Positions 9,546 to 18,752 of a DNA stretch of 64,000 nucleotides are shown here, in pieces. A program made the position numbers and the translations under genes. Numbering within the stretch: the stretch's first letter is position 1; each line of letters opens with the position of its first letter. Origin of the DNA: Fidelibacterota bacterium (GTDB lineage Bacteria > Fidelibacterota > UBA8477 > JABMPR01). Below the pieces are notes generated by a model. It was not told the DNA's origin. It ran no database searches and saw only the letters and a program-made list of their open reading frames with translations. Location: positions 129,948 to 193,947 of the forward strand of contig JAERTG010000050.1 in assembly GCA_016845065.1 (NCBI GenBank), in the 5' to 3' direction.

Positions 9546-10310
9546 CTATTTGGGCATCCGTTTTAAATTCTTTTCTTGAAAAAGATCAACCTTTACTCCA
9601 GTATCCACCTCCTGGTCACTAAAGGTGAGCCGAGTATTGGATCCCTTCTGAACATTCTCTACATAGATTTCACTGGGAAGGTCATAGCCCTTGTCCTTAT
9701 GATACTTCATTACGCGTCGTTTTAGTAAATTGTTTCTTGTATCGTAGGCTTCATCCAAGATGGAAACTAAATCAGCCTTACTTACATATGTGATAAACCT
9801 TTTGTATGTACGCGTAACACCTGCCTTTGGTGTACTCTCCAGAATATGGCATTCAATTCCATCCACAACTTTTTCACCTAGAATTTCATAGGTATACTCG
9901 TCCAGCTCTCGTGAAGTCATATCTTCATAGCTCAGATCAGAACCCATAAAGGAGTCAGCCTTTTTCTTGGAGCTGATACGACGAACCTTCTTGAAAGCAG
10001 GTAGCCAGAGACGCATCTCATCATCTTTTTGCTCATGCTCGATTTTTAAAAAAGCAACACCCTTGTCATCTGCAGGGGCAAGAAACCAGATGATCTGCTT
10101 CCGATTGTCATCGGCTGAAATGGAACGGATGGTTGATTCTCTGGTTTTGCCCTGTTTGTTCGTCAGAATCATGGTCATGTTGGACTTCATATCAATTGGT
10201 GCGGATTTGTCTTCCATGGCTTTCGCCAATTCGTATCCGGTTTCGGCAAATATCATCATGGGGAGCATGAGGAGTATTACACTGGTGAAGTTTTGGTTGA
10301 TAGTTTTCAT
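9546..10310 (-). CDS. LolA-like outer-membrane lipoprotein-sorting/carrier protein
   Basis: Signal peptide present. Length ~250 aa. Resembles the LolA-like fold family that is routinely encoded next to MMPL transporters. Confidence 0.6.
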   Translation of the reverse strand: MKTINQNFTSVILLMLPMMIFAETGYELAKAMEDKSAPIDMKSNMTMILTNKQGKTRESTIRSISADDNRKQIIWFLAPADDKGVAFLKIEHEQKDDEMRLWLPAFKKVRRISSKKKADSFMGSDLSYEDMTSRELDEYTYEILGEKVVDGIECHILESTPKAGVTRTYKRFITYVSKADLVSILDEAYDTRNNLLKRRVMKYHKDKGYDLPSEIYVENVQKGSNTRLTFSDQEVDTGVKVDLFQEKNLKRMPK

Positions 10311-10336
10311 TTCAAAATCCTTCTTTTGATTAGGTC

Positions 10337-12637
10337 TTATTCAGGGACCGCAATACCTTCAATACGGGCCAATCGTTTTTTGTTCATTTCAAGTAAGATC
10401 GCGAGAAGTGTCAATGTCGCAGTTGAAGTCGAGACCATGGCGAAGACCATTAATCCACCCATATGGATCATGGGGATAAACATGGAAAATAACAGTGCTC
10501 CGAAAGCCATATTGGATGCAGCATCAAGAATAACGGGGAAACCAACATCTCGCATAGTCTCTCGGCTCAATTTGCCATCAAGACCGTGAGTGTGTAGGTG
10601 ATTTCGGAACTGACTGATATAATGAACTGCAAAATCCACTCCCACCCCAATTATGATTGCTGAGAGTAGGGCTGTAACATGGTTGAGGTCCACACCAAAA
10701 ATACCCATGAGCCCAAAGTTCAGAATAACAGCTGAACTGAGTGGGACTACTGCCAGAAGACCCCACAACCAGTGTTTGAAGAAGTATCCGACAATGAGGG
10801 CGATAATGATGATGGAAGCCAGAATGCTGATGAATGAACTCTGTACGATGAGGGCTACCAGATCACGGAAGACTATGAGCAATCCACTTACGGTAATATT
10901 CAAGTCTTTGTATTCATCCTGCTGGAGAAACTCCTCGATCTCTTTGACCAGCACCACGATCTCAGCGGTGGATATTGAGCGCATCATGGAGGTGGCAAGC
11001 CCCTTTTCATAGTCGTAGTCCACAAGCGAACTGAAGTCATCAGGATCTCCAGACATGGAGTACAGGGTGAACAAGTTATTCACTTTAGCTCGCGTATCAG
11101 GAATGGTTTCAAATGCCGGATCATCATCATTGACCATGCGGTGCATCTGTTTGATCACATCGGCAATTGAAATAGACAGGGTCACTGATTCGTATTCTTC
11201 CATGAACTCCTGAATGCTTTCCATTTTATTCAGAATTTCAGGATCCTTCAGGTCTGCATTGATCAACAACTGCAAATCCATAGTGCCTGTCATCTCGCTA
11301 TCCATGAATTCAAGGCTTTGACGAATGGGATTATCGTGTTTGAACATATCTGTCATGTTTACTTCAATGTTAAGTTTGAAAAAGCCCAATATACCAATCA
11401 CGATCACCACAGCACCGCCCACGAGGACGGCCTTAGGACGCCTGATTACCTGTTCACCAAAAGCAATGACAAATCGCTCAAAGTGGCTGGGATGGGATAC
11501 AGCAGCAGAATCTGGATTCCATTTCTTCAGTACGAGTATCGAGGGTAGAAAAATAGTTGAAAGTATCCAGGCCCACAGGATGCCCATTGAGATGGACACA
11601 CCATATCCAAAAAGTGGTTCCAGAGGAGCAAAGACCAGACAGAGAAACGCTGCCACTGTAGTCAGTGCAGTAAGGAAGATAGGTAGTAGGAGGGAGTTAA
11701 TACTGGCTCCGACGGCTTCCCGAGAATCTTTATTTATGCGCATCTTCCTGAAAAACTTGGTGACAACGTGGACACCATATGAGTTGGCAATTGTTAACAG
11801 AATTATGGGCATTGTGGTATTCAAGACACCGAACATGAACTTGTCGGATCCTGTAAAATGAATCATCCATCCGTTGAAGCCCAGCATAAACACGAGGGAA
11901 AGGACTATGGTTGCCAGAACGCTAAGCACAGAGGGGACATTTCTGAAGCTGAAAAGGAGTATGAGCAACATGCCCATCAAGCCAACCCGCATCAATCCCA
12001 TGACATCATCACGTATGATGGACGGCAGTGCTCCAGTAAGATAGGCCTGGCCTCCCCAGTGTACATCGTAGTCAGCAAGGTACTTGTCAGCAACCTCCTG
12101 CATTTCAGTTACGAGTACATCATTTCCAGCTCCGATAACTGGTCGGATGATCACATTGAAATAGTCACCCTTGGATCCAACATTTCTAGTCTTGATCTTT
12201 GAATTTGAATCCAGATACTCACGCAAATTAGCAATCTCCTGCGCATCAAGATCACGATATTCCTGGAGTGAAGAAACCTCCAGAAAACCATCAATACTTT
12301 CCATTTTATCGGTGGTGGAAATACACATAATCTCATCGACATATTCGATCTGCTCCAGCGAGTAGGCCACATCCCAGAGTGTAGCCAGACTCTTTGCATT
12401 CAATACATCTTCACCACGTTTCCCAAAGCCAAGAAACATGAGATCACTGCTGCCAAACTCATCCTTGAGCTCATTCAGGGTCACCATGGTAGGAATATCC
12501 TGGGGCAGCATCTTCATAAAGTCATCTTCTATCACGAAGTGCCTGAGTCCTGAAGCCATCATCAGAGTGAGTAGAATTGTTATAATTATACTACGTTTGG
12601 GGTGATCTACGGACTGGCTGATGAACCACTGTTTCAT
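10337..12637 (-). CDS. MMPL-family RND superfamily exporter (12 TM, two 6-TM halves with periplasmic domains)
   Basis: 766 aa. Two hydrophobic blocks separated by soluble domains. Start overlaps the tetR stop (ATGA). Confidence 0.8.
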   Translation of the reverse strand: MKQWFISQSVDHPKRSIIITILLTLMMASGLRHFVIEDDFMKMLPQDIPTMVTLNELKDEFGSSDLMFLGFGKRGEDVLNAKSLATLWDVAYSLEQIEYVDEIMCISTTDKMESIDGFLEVSSLQEYRDLDAQEIANLREYLDSNSKIKTRNVGSKGDYFNVIIRPVIGAGNDVLVTEMQEVADKYLADYDVHWGGQAYLTGALPSIIRDDVMGLMRVGLMGMLLILLFSFRNVPSVLSVLATIVLSLVFMLGFNGWMIHFTGSDKFMFGVLNTTMPIILLTIANSYGVHVVTKFFRKMRINKDSREAVGASINSLLLPIFLTALTTVAAFLCLVFAPLEPLFGYGVSISMGILWAWILSTIFLPSILVLKKWNPDSAAVSHPSHFERFVIAFGEQVIRRPKAVLVGGAVVIVIGILGFFKLNIEVNMTDMFKHDNPIRQSLEFMDSEMTGTMDLQLLINADLKDPEILNKMESIQEFMEEYESVTLSISIADVIKQMHRMVNDDDPAFETIPDTRAKVNNLFTLYSMSGDPDDFSSLVDYDYEKGLATSMMRSISTAEIVVLVKEIEEFLQQDEYKDLNITVSGLLIVFRDLVALIVQSSFISILASIIIIALIVGYFFKHWLWGLLAVVPLSSAVILNFGLMGIFGVDLNHVTALLSAIIIGVGVDFAVHYISQFRNHLHTHGLDGKLSRETMRDVGFPVILDAASNMAFGALLFSMFIPMIHMGGLMVFAMVSTSTATLTLLAILLEMNKKRLARIEGIAVPE

Positions 12638-13254
12638 GAAAGCTCCTCTAGGATTTGAATCCCCTCTTCCGTCAACATACCTCTCAGGAATATCTCCCGA
12701 AAAGATTGAAATGCCTGTGTGGGATTTAAATTATTTTGAATAAAAAATTCTGGTTGAAAGGTTGAGTTTATGATGTGCATAAACATGGTTGCTGTTAAAT
12801 CGATATCTAATTCCTGCCGGATAAGGCTCTGTTTCTGACCCAACTTGAAGATCGTCAGAAAGTCATCCCTTCTGTTTAGGCGGAATTCCTCCATGCGCTT
12901 CCAAATTTGTGGGTAGCGAATTTTTATATCGCCAAGCCGTCGTATGGAAACTTTGGAAGCCGTGCTTGATAGCAATGTGAGGATTCGATTTAATTGATGA
13001 ATAGCGGTGGGCTCTTTTTCCATGGTCCTCTTGAAATGCCACACGACCTGACCAGACGCGAATTCGAACATCTTTTCGAGAAGTCGCTCTTTGGAAGGGA
13101 AAAATTTATAGATTGTCTTTTTACTCATCCCCAGGTCCTGAGCAAGGTTCTCTACTGTAAACGAGCGAACACCATCACGATGGAGAAGTTCGAAACCACG
13201 CTCAAGAATGAGGTCCTCGGGTTGATTGCTCGATGGAAACGTTTTTCGTGTCAT
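12634..13254 (-). CDS. TetR/AcrR family transcriptional regulator
   Basis: N-terminal HTH segment LILERGFELLHRDGVRSFTVENLAQDLGMSKKTIYKFF. Likely start is MTRKTF at 13254; the ORF track runs to 13290. Confidence 0.8.
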   Translation of the reverse strand: MTRKTFPSSNQPEDLILERGFELLHRDGVRSFTVENLAQDLGMSKKTIYKFFPSKERLLEKMFEFASGQVVWHFKRTMEKEPTAIHQLNRILTLLSSTASKVSIRRLGDIKIRYPQIWKRMEEFRLNRRDDFLTIFKLGQKQSLIRQELDIDLTATMFMHIINSTFQPEFFIQNNLNPTQAFQSFREIFLRGMLTEEGIQILEELS

Positions 13255-13307
13255 ACGTTTCCAATCTATACAGAAATACAATCCATGCAAGACAGATTTT
13301 GATCAAA

Positions 13308-15581
13308 TTACCTGTTAAAAATGAATTTTGGTCGTGTAAGAATGAGCACCAGAGGTAACAGCGTCAAGGCAGCAATTAAGCACATGAAAATGGAGACCGA
13401 GATGAGCCATCCAAAGAAATAGATGGGAATGAAGGTGGAAAGCATGCAAACAGCAAAACCCATCATCACAGAGAATCCATTAATGATGATGCCCTGGCCT
13501 GTGGTGCTTAATGTTTTTACGATGGCCTCCTCATCAGTGAGACCCTTACGGATTTCAGTTCTAAATCGGAACAAAAAGTGAATAGTATAATCAATACCTA
13601 TACCTATCATGATTGAACTAAGCATTGAAGTCGCCGTGTTCAAATATATACCCAGGTACCCCATCAGGCCAAAAACACCTGCAATAGCAAATGCCAGAGG
13701 CATAGCGCTAATTAATGCAGCTGATAAAGATCTGAAAACAAGACCCGTTACCAGTGCAGCAAAGATTACTGACAATACAAGACTGCGAATTTGACCCTTT
13801 ACCATCATAGGCATCAAATTCCCAAGAAGTACAGCATACCCCTCACTTTTGGGCTTGTTATCTACGTGGATATTTTCATTGAGGAATTGATTTAACTCCT
13901 CCTGAAGATCCACCATATAATACACATCCATGGTATTAAGTCTTACCACGATTTGGGCGGTCCGATAATCATAGTCCACATAAGAATCCAGATAGCCATC
14001 GCTGGATTCCCATGAGTATAACAACAAGTATTGGGAAACCAGCTGACGTGATTCAGGTATGGTGTAATAAGCTGGATCCCCACCGTTCATCGACTGGTTC
14101 ATGAGCTTTAGGAAATCTGTTATGGCCAACGTATACCCAACTCCCTCGCGATCCTCAAGAAACTGTTGTATTTGATCAACCTGGTATAATACATCAGGAG
14201 ATTTTATGTCTCCCTCCACTACAACAGACATGGTCGTACTGCCCCCAAAGTGATCTTCGATGATATTGTTGATCACCCTTACATTGGACTCAGGGCTATA
14301 GTAATTGAGGGGGTTGCTATCTAATTCAACTTTGGGAATGCCGATTGCTGCAATGATCATAATCAAAGCAAATGCAGCAAATATGATATTGCGGTGGTGG
14401 AAAACGACGCTTCCAATCCTTACCAAAATCCGTGAAAGCAACCTGTTGGCAGTATTTTTATTCTGTCTTTCAGAACTAGGTTTTTTAGTCAGGACCAATA
14501 CTGCCGGGATGAATGTTATTGATATTCCGAAGGCCAGAACTACACCAAAGGCTGTCAAAATACCCACTTCTCTTGAGGCGGGCAAAATGTGAGAGAGCAA
14601 AGATAAAAATCCAATCACCGTGGTAAGACCAGCCAAAAAGAGGGGTCTCATCATGTGCTCGATGACATTGGTGACAACTTCCTTATTATCTGCATCATCT
14701 GGCAAATCTGCACAATCTTCAAAATAGCGCGTAATGATGTGAATACCATATGCACTGGCGACAGCGATCAGCATGATGGGCATGATACTGGTAATGACAG
14801 ACAACATAAGCCCAAACCATGCCATGAGACCCAAAGTCCCCAGAATCGACAATAAAACAACCAGGAGGGGCAGAGCCACCCCACGACGGGAGCGGAAACT
14901 AAAATAAAGTAGAAGTGCAATCAGCACCATACCGGAAGGAATAAATGTGCGTGTGTCATGAGCAATATCTTCTGATATTTGGGATCTGATGACTGGCATG
15001 CCACCCAACCTTAAATCATGGCTCGCTTCTTGATAGGGCTGAAGCACACGTTTCAGGGTATCAACTACTGCAACCTCATCAACATCTGGATCAGAGTAAA
15101 TGATGATAGCAGTATATTTGCCATCGGCGGACACAAGTAGCCGTCCTAATATTGGATCTGCCAGTGCAGTGCCAGACAATGAATCACTCTCTGCTTGATT
15201 CCGAGGCAATTCCTGAATGAAGCTTTCCACTGTCATTGATTCATCATCACTTGTGATGGATTCATAATTGGTCAAACTGATAATATGATCAATTTCAGTC
15301 AGGGCTTCCAGATCATAGGTCAGATTGTCAATCATCTCAAGACTCTCACTAGCGAAAACATCCTCAGCATGATAGCTGATCAGGATGACATCCAAGCCAC
15401 CAAATTCTTCTTCAAGTTCTTCCATTCGAATGACATCCGGGTCATCAGCTGGGATTAGCGCTTGTAGATCGGGATTAATATGAATCCTATATATGGGGAG
15501 GGCTAAAAGTGTAATTACCAGGATATTTATGAAGATAATGACCTTCGGATGCTGCGTGATTATCCTGGTGAAATTTTTCAT
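13308..15581 (-). CDS. MMPL-family RND superfamily exporter (second copy)
   Basis: ~757 aa with the same two-lobed TM architecture. ATG at 15581; the track's TTG is at 15590. Confidence 0.8.
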   Translation of the reverse strand: MKNFTRIITQHPKVIIFINILVITLLALPIYRIHINPDLQALIPADDPDVIRMEELEEEFGGLDVILISYHAEDVFASESLEMIDNLTYDLEALTEIDHIISLTNYESITSDDESMTVESFIQELPRNQAESDSLSGTALADPILGRLLVSADGKYTAIIIYSDPDVDEVAVVDTLKRVLQPYQEASHDLRLGGMPVIRSQISEDIAHDTRTFIPSGMVLIALLLYFSFRSRRGVALPLLVVLLSILGTLGLMAWFGLMLSVITSIMPIMLIAVASAYGIHIITRYFEDCADLPDDADNKEVVTNVIEHMMRPLFLAGLTTVIGFLSLLSHILPASREVGILTAFGVVLAFGISITFIPAVLVLTKKPSSERQNKNTANRLLSRILVRIGSVVFHHRNIIFAAFALIMIIAAIGIPKVELDSNPLNYYSPESNVRVINNIIEDHFGGSTTMSVVVEGDIKSPDVLYQVDQIQQFLEDREGVGYTLAITDFLKLMNQSMNGGDPAYYTIPESRQLVSQYLLLYSWESSDGYLDSYVDYDYRTAQIVVRLNTMDVYYMVDLQEELNQFLNENIHVDNKPKSEGYAVLLGNLMPMMVKGQIRSLVLSVIFAALVTGLVFRSLSAALISAMPLAFAIAGVFGLMGYLGIYLNTATSMLSSIMIGIGIDYTIHFLFRFRTEIRKGLTDEEAIVKTLSTTGQGIIINGFSVMMGFAVCMLSTFIPIYFFGWLISVSIFMCLIAALTLLPLVLILTRPKFIFNR

Positions 15582-15729
15582 GGCCAGCAATGTATTGTGA
15601 CGCCCAGTCTGATGAAAGAAAAAGGAATATTTCAGCTTTTTTGAAGAAAATATTTTATGGGTTTAAAAAATGCTATGCACGCCTTATTTGAAGGATATAT
15701 TAAGCGTAACTAAGAAGTGAGACACGCTA

Positions 15730-16563
15730 ATGAATGAAAAGCTACTTCCTGCCCTCAAGTCATTCGGATTTACATCCAACGAAGCAAAAACATATCTCAG
15801 TCTTTTGAAGAATAATCCAGCCACTGGATATGAGATTAGTGGTAAGTCGGGTATTCCCAGATCGGCGATATATGAGATACTCAAACGATTGGAAAGTACA
15901 GGGATGGTGAGTTGTGTGGATTCAAACCCCACGCGGTACATCCCGCTGCCTCCAGATCATCTCTTTGACGTTTTGGAGAACAACTTCACTACCAATCTGG
16001 ATACGCTAAAAGATTCATTAAAAAATGTGAATACTGACCTTGAAGTTGGTGATCTGTGGAATATTCGTGGATATGACAGTATGCTCGATCGCGCAAGACA
16101 CATGATCAAAAATGCTGAAAAATCTGTCTATTTATCTTTATGGCTCACAGAATACAATAAGCTCCACACTGATCTTATCGCCGCAGAGAAACGTGGTGTT
16201 AATATTGTCATTTTTTCCTTCTGTGAAATTCCCGTAGATGTAGGGACCGTATTCGCCTACAACCTGGATAGTCGACGTCTTGAAGATGTGTGGAGCAGCA
16301 AAATTTTATTGGTAGTTGACCATGATTCTGCCCTGTTGGGTGGCGTGGAAATGCTACCAACTAATAAGGTCGCTTGGACCAGGAACTCAGCCATTGTTGC
16401 CATCGCGCTGAATTATATCATTCTGGATCTTACCCTATTCGGACAGCGTTACGAACTTGATATGAACCCAGTAATTACTGACATGCTCCACGGTGAGATC
16501 CACAACTTAGATGACCTGTTAAGTGAAGATCACGAAGCAATTATCCACCTTAAAACGAATTGA
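15730..16563 (+). CDS. TrmB-family sugar-responsive transcriptional regulator
   Basis: N-terminal winged HTH LKSFGFTSNEAKTYLSLLKNNPATGYEISGKSGIPRSAIYEILKRLESTGMV, followed by a C-terminal TrmB-like domain. Confidence 0.8.
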   Translation: MNEKLLPALKSFGFTSNEAKTYLSLLKNNPATGYEISGKSGIPRSAIYEILKRLESTGMVSCVDSNPTRYIPLPPDHLFDVLENNFTTNLDTLKDSLKNVNTDLEVGDLWNIRGYDSMLDRARHMIKNAEKSVYLSLWLTEYNKLHTDLIAAEKRGVNIVIFSFCEIPVDVGTVFAYNLDSRRLEDVWSSKILLVVDHDSALLGGVEMLPTNKVAWTRNSAIVAIALNYIILDLTLFGQRYELDMNPVITDMLHGEIHNLDDLLSEDHEAIIHLKTN

Positions 16564-16619
16564 TCAAATGAAATTATACATAACCTTTAACAATCGGTCC
16601 CCTTTGAACAGGGACCGAA

Positions 16620-17651
16620 ATGGAGGCACGTTCTATGAGTAAGATTAGAATCGGGCTGATGGGATTTGGTGAGATCGGTAGAGATGTCTATCGCTTGAGC
16701 TTAAACCAGCCTGAAATGGAAGTTGTAGCAATTAGTGATATCGGTCGCTCCGATATTCTTCACTACTTGCTAAAAAACGATGGGAGAGATCCAGTTGATG
16801 CACAATTAGAGGGTAATTACCTTGTTGTTGGGGATCAGAAGGCTCGTGTCATCCATGGTGTCGCTCCGAAAGATGTTCCATGGGATGCTTTCGATGTTGA
16901 TATAGTAATTGACTCGACCCACAAATACCGCACACGTGAAAGCATGCAAGCTCATCTGGATTCAGGTGCCAAACGTGTAATTCTTGGATCACTGCCACAG
17001 GATGACATTGATCGGGTGATTGTAATGGGTGTCAACGATGAAACAATTAAGGTGAGCGATAAACTTGTATCTGCCGCATCAGCCACGACAAATGCCCTGG
17101 CTTTAATGCTGGATACTCTGGATAAGGCCTTTGGTATTGAATCTGCCATGATGACCACCATCCACGCATACACCAGCGATCAACCCCTGCGCGATACTGC
17201 CGCATCAGATTTTAGACGTAGCCGTTCCGCCGCAGAAAATATTATTCCTAATGTCAACATCAGCCCCTACTGGATGGAACATATCTTACCTCGCTTCAAA
17301 GGTAAGATTGAAGGTTCAGCCCTTAATGTTCCTGTCCCAATGGGATCACTTCTTGATCTGACATGTGTCTTGACCAAAGGTGAGACCACTGCTGAAGAAG
17401 TAAATGCTGCCATGCGAAAGGCTGCTGAATCATTGGCTGGATACATAGAAGTCACTGAAGATCCCATCGTATCCAGTGATGTCATTGGAAATGCTCACTC
17501 CCTGCTGTTTGACACGAAGGGAACCATGAAATCCAGCAAAAGAATGGTGAAGACTTTGAGTTGGTATGATAACAGTCTTGGCCAGGCCGGACGTCTAGTA
17601 GATCTAGCTCTTGCTTATGGTAAGCTTGGGGTAGAAGGAGGTGCTGCATGA
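16620..17651 (+). CDS. GAPDH-fold paralog lacking the catalytic cysteine (probable NAD-binding pseudoenzyme)
   Basis: Rossmann motif GFGEIGR. The canonical SNASCTTNCLAP reads SAASATTNALAL, so Cys149 and Cys153 are both Ala. The S-loop TTGAAKAV and the anion-site Arg are also replaced. Overlaps gap by ATGA. Confidence 0.8.
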   Translation: MEARSMSKIRIGLMGFGEIGRDVYRLSLNQPEMEVVAISDIGRSDILHYLLKNDGRDPVDAQLEGNYLVVGDQKARVIHGVAPKDVPWDAFDVDIVIDSTHKYRTRESMQAHLDSGAKRVILGSLPQDDIDRVIVMGVNDETIKVSDKLVSAASATTNALALMLDTLDKAFGIESAMMTTIHAYTSDQPLRDTAASDFRRSRSAAENIIPNVNISPYWMEHILPRFKGKIEGSALNVPVPMGSLLDLTCVLTKGETTAEEVNAAMRKAAESLAGYIEVTEDPIVSSDVIGNAHSLLFDTKGTMKSSKRMVKTLSWYDNSLGQAGRLVDLALAYGKLGVEGGAA

Positions 17652-18649
17652 GAGTAGCAATCAATGGATTCGGTCGTATCGGTCGTTCCGTATTTCGCAT
17701 TTTAGATAAACGTGATGACATAAATGTTGTCGCAATAAACGACTTGTTTGAGCGGGAAGCCCTGGCTTATCTGCTTAAATATGATACGGTTATGGGTGGG
17801 TTTGGCGATGCATCAGTCCACTTGAAAGAGGATGTTCTCCACACCGCCAATGATACTGTAAAGATGATCAGCGAACGTAATCCTGCAGACCTACCCTGGA
17901 AAGAATTGGATATCGATGTTGTAATCGAGGCTACTGGTGTCTTCAGAACCAAAGAATCCCTAACACCACATTTAACTGCCGGTGCAAAACGTGTCATCCT
18001 GACTGTCCCTTCAAAGGATGAAGTGGATTACACAGTAGTATTGGGTGTAAATGAGGATGGACTGAAACCAGAGCATAGAATTGTATCAAATGCCAGTTGT
18101 ACAACAAACTGTTTGGCCCCGATGGCTAAAGTTCTTAATGATGCTTTTGGTATCGTTGAGGGTGTGATGACTACAACACATGCCTACACCAATGATCAGC
18201 GTCTTGCTGATGTTCCTCACTCAGACTGGCGTCGTAGCCGTGCAGCTGCTGAAAACATTATTCCAACAACCACTGGTGCTGCCCGTGCAGTAGGAAAAGT
18301 ACTTCCTGAACTGAAGGGTAAGTTGGATGGTATTGCAGCTCGAGTGCCTGTAGCTGATGGTTCAGTTGTTGATCTCATTGTTGAATTGAACCGAAACGTG
18401 ACTGTTGAGGATATCAATGCAGCAGTTCGTGAAGCTACTAAGACTGATCGTCTGAAGGATGTTCTTGAATATAACGAAAACCACCTGGTCTCTTCTGATA
18501 TTATCGGAAATCCGTACTCCTCTATATATGATGCATCATATACACGGGTGGTGGGAAATCGAATTGTCAAAACACTGAACTGGTACGACAATGAGTGGGG
18601 TTACTCAAACCGCGTTGTTGACCTGATTAACTTGTTTAAGGGTATGTAG
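17648..18649 (+). CDS. gap: Glyceraldehyde-3-phosphate dehydrogenase, type I (canonical)
   Basis: INGFGRIGR, SNASCTTNCLAP, and WYDNEWGYS are all present. Confidence 0.95.
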   Translation: MRVAINGFGRIGRSVFRILDKRDDINVVAINDLFEREALAYLLKYDTVMGGFGDASVHLKEDVLHTANDTVKMISERNPADLPWKELDIDVVIEATGVFRTKESLTPHLTAGAKRVILTVPSKDEVDYTVVLGVNEDGLKPEHRIVSNASCTTNCLAPMAKVLNDAFGIVEGVMTTTHAYTNDQRLADVPHSDWRRSRAAAENIIPTTTGAARAVGKVLPELKGKLDGIAARVPVADGSVVDLIVELNRNVTVEDINAAVREATKTDRLKDVLEYNENHLVSSDIIGNPYSSIYDASYTRVVGNRIVKTLNWYDNEWGYSNRVVDLINLFKGM

Positions 18650-18672
18650 TTAATATCCATTTATGATAATTA

Positions 18673-18706
18673 GAGCCGGTCGCTTCTCCGACCGGCTCTC
18701 TTGTCT
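18673..18706 (+). terminator. Rho-independent terminator after gap
   Basis: GC-rich hairpin gagccggtcg-cttctc-cgaccggctc followed by a T-rich tail. Confidence 0.6.
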
Positions 18707-18752
18707 AAAAAAAAGCAATATTTCAAACTGTTTTAGCTGGGAAATGTAAAGA

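Noticed and set aside
10293-12399. Plus-strand ORFs of 98-178 aa antisense to the MMPL gene (for example 11325..11861)
   Set aside because: They lie antisense to a long conserved transporter gene, with no motifs. Spurious.
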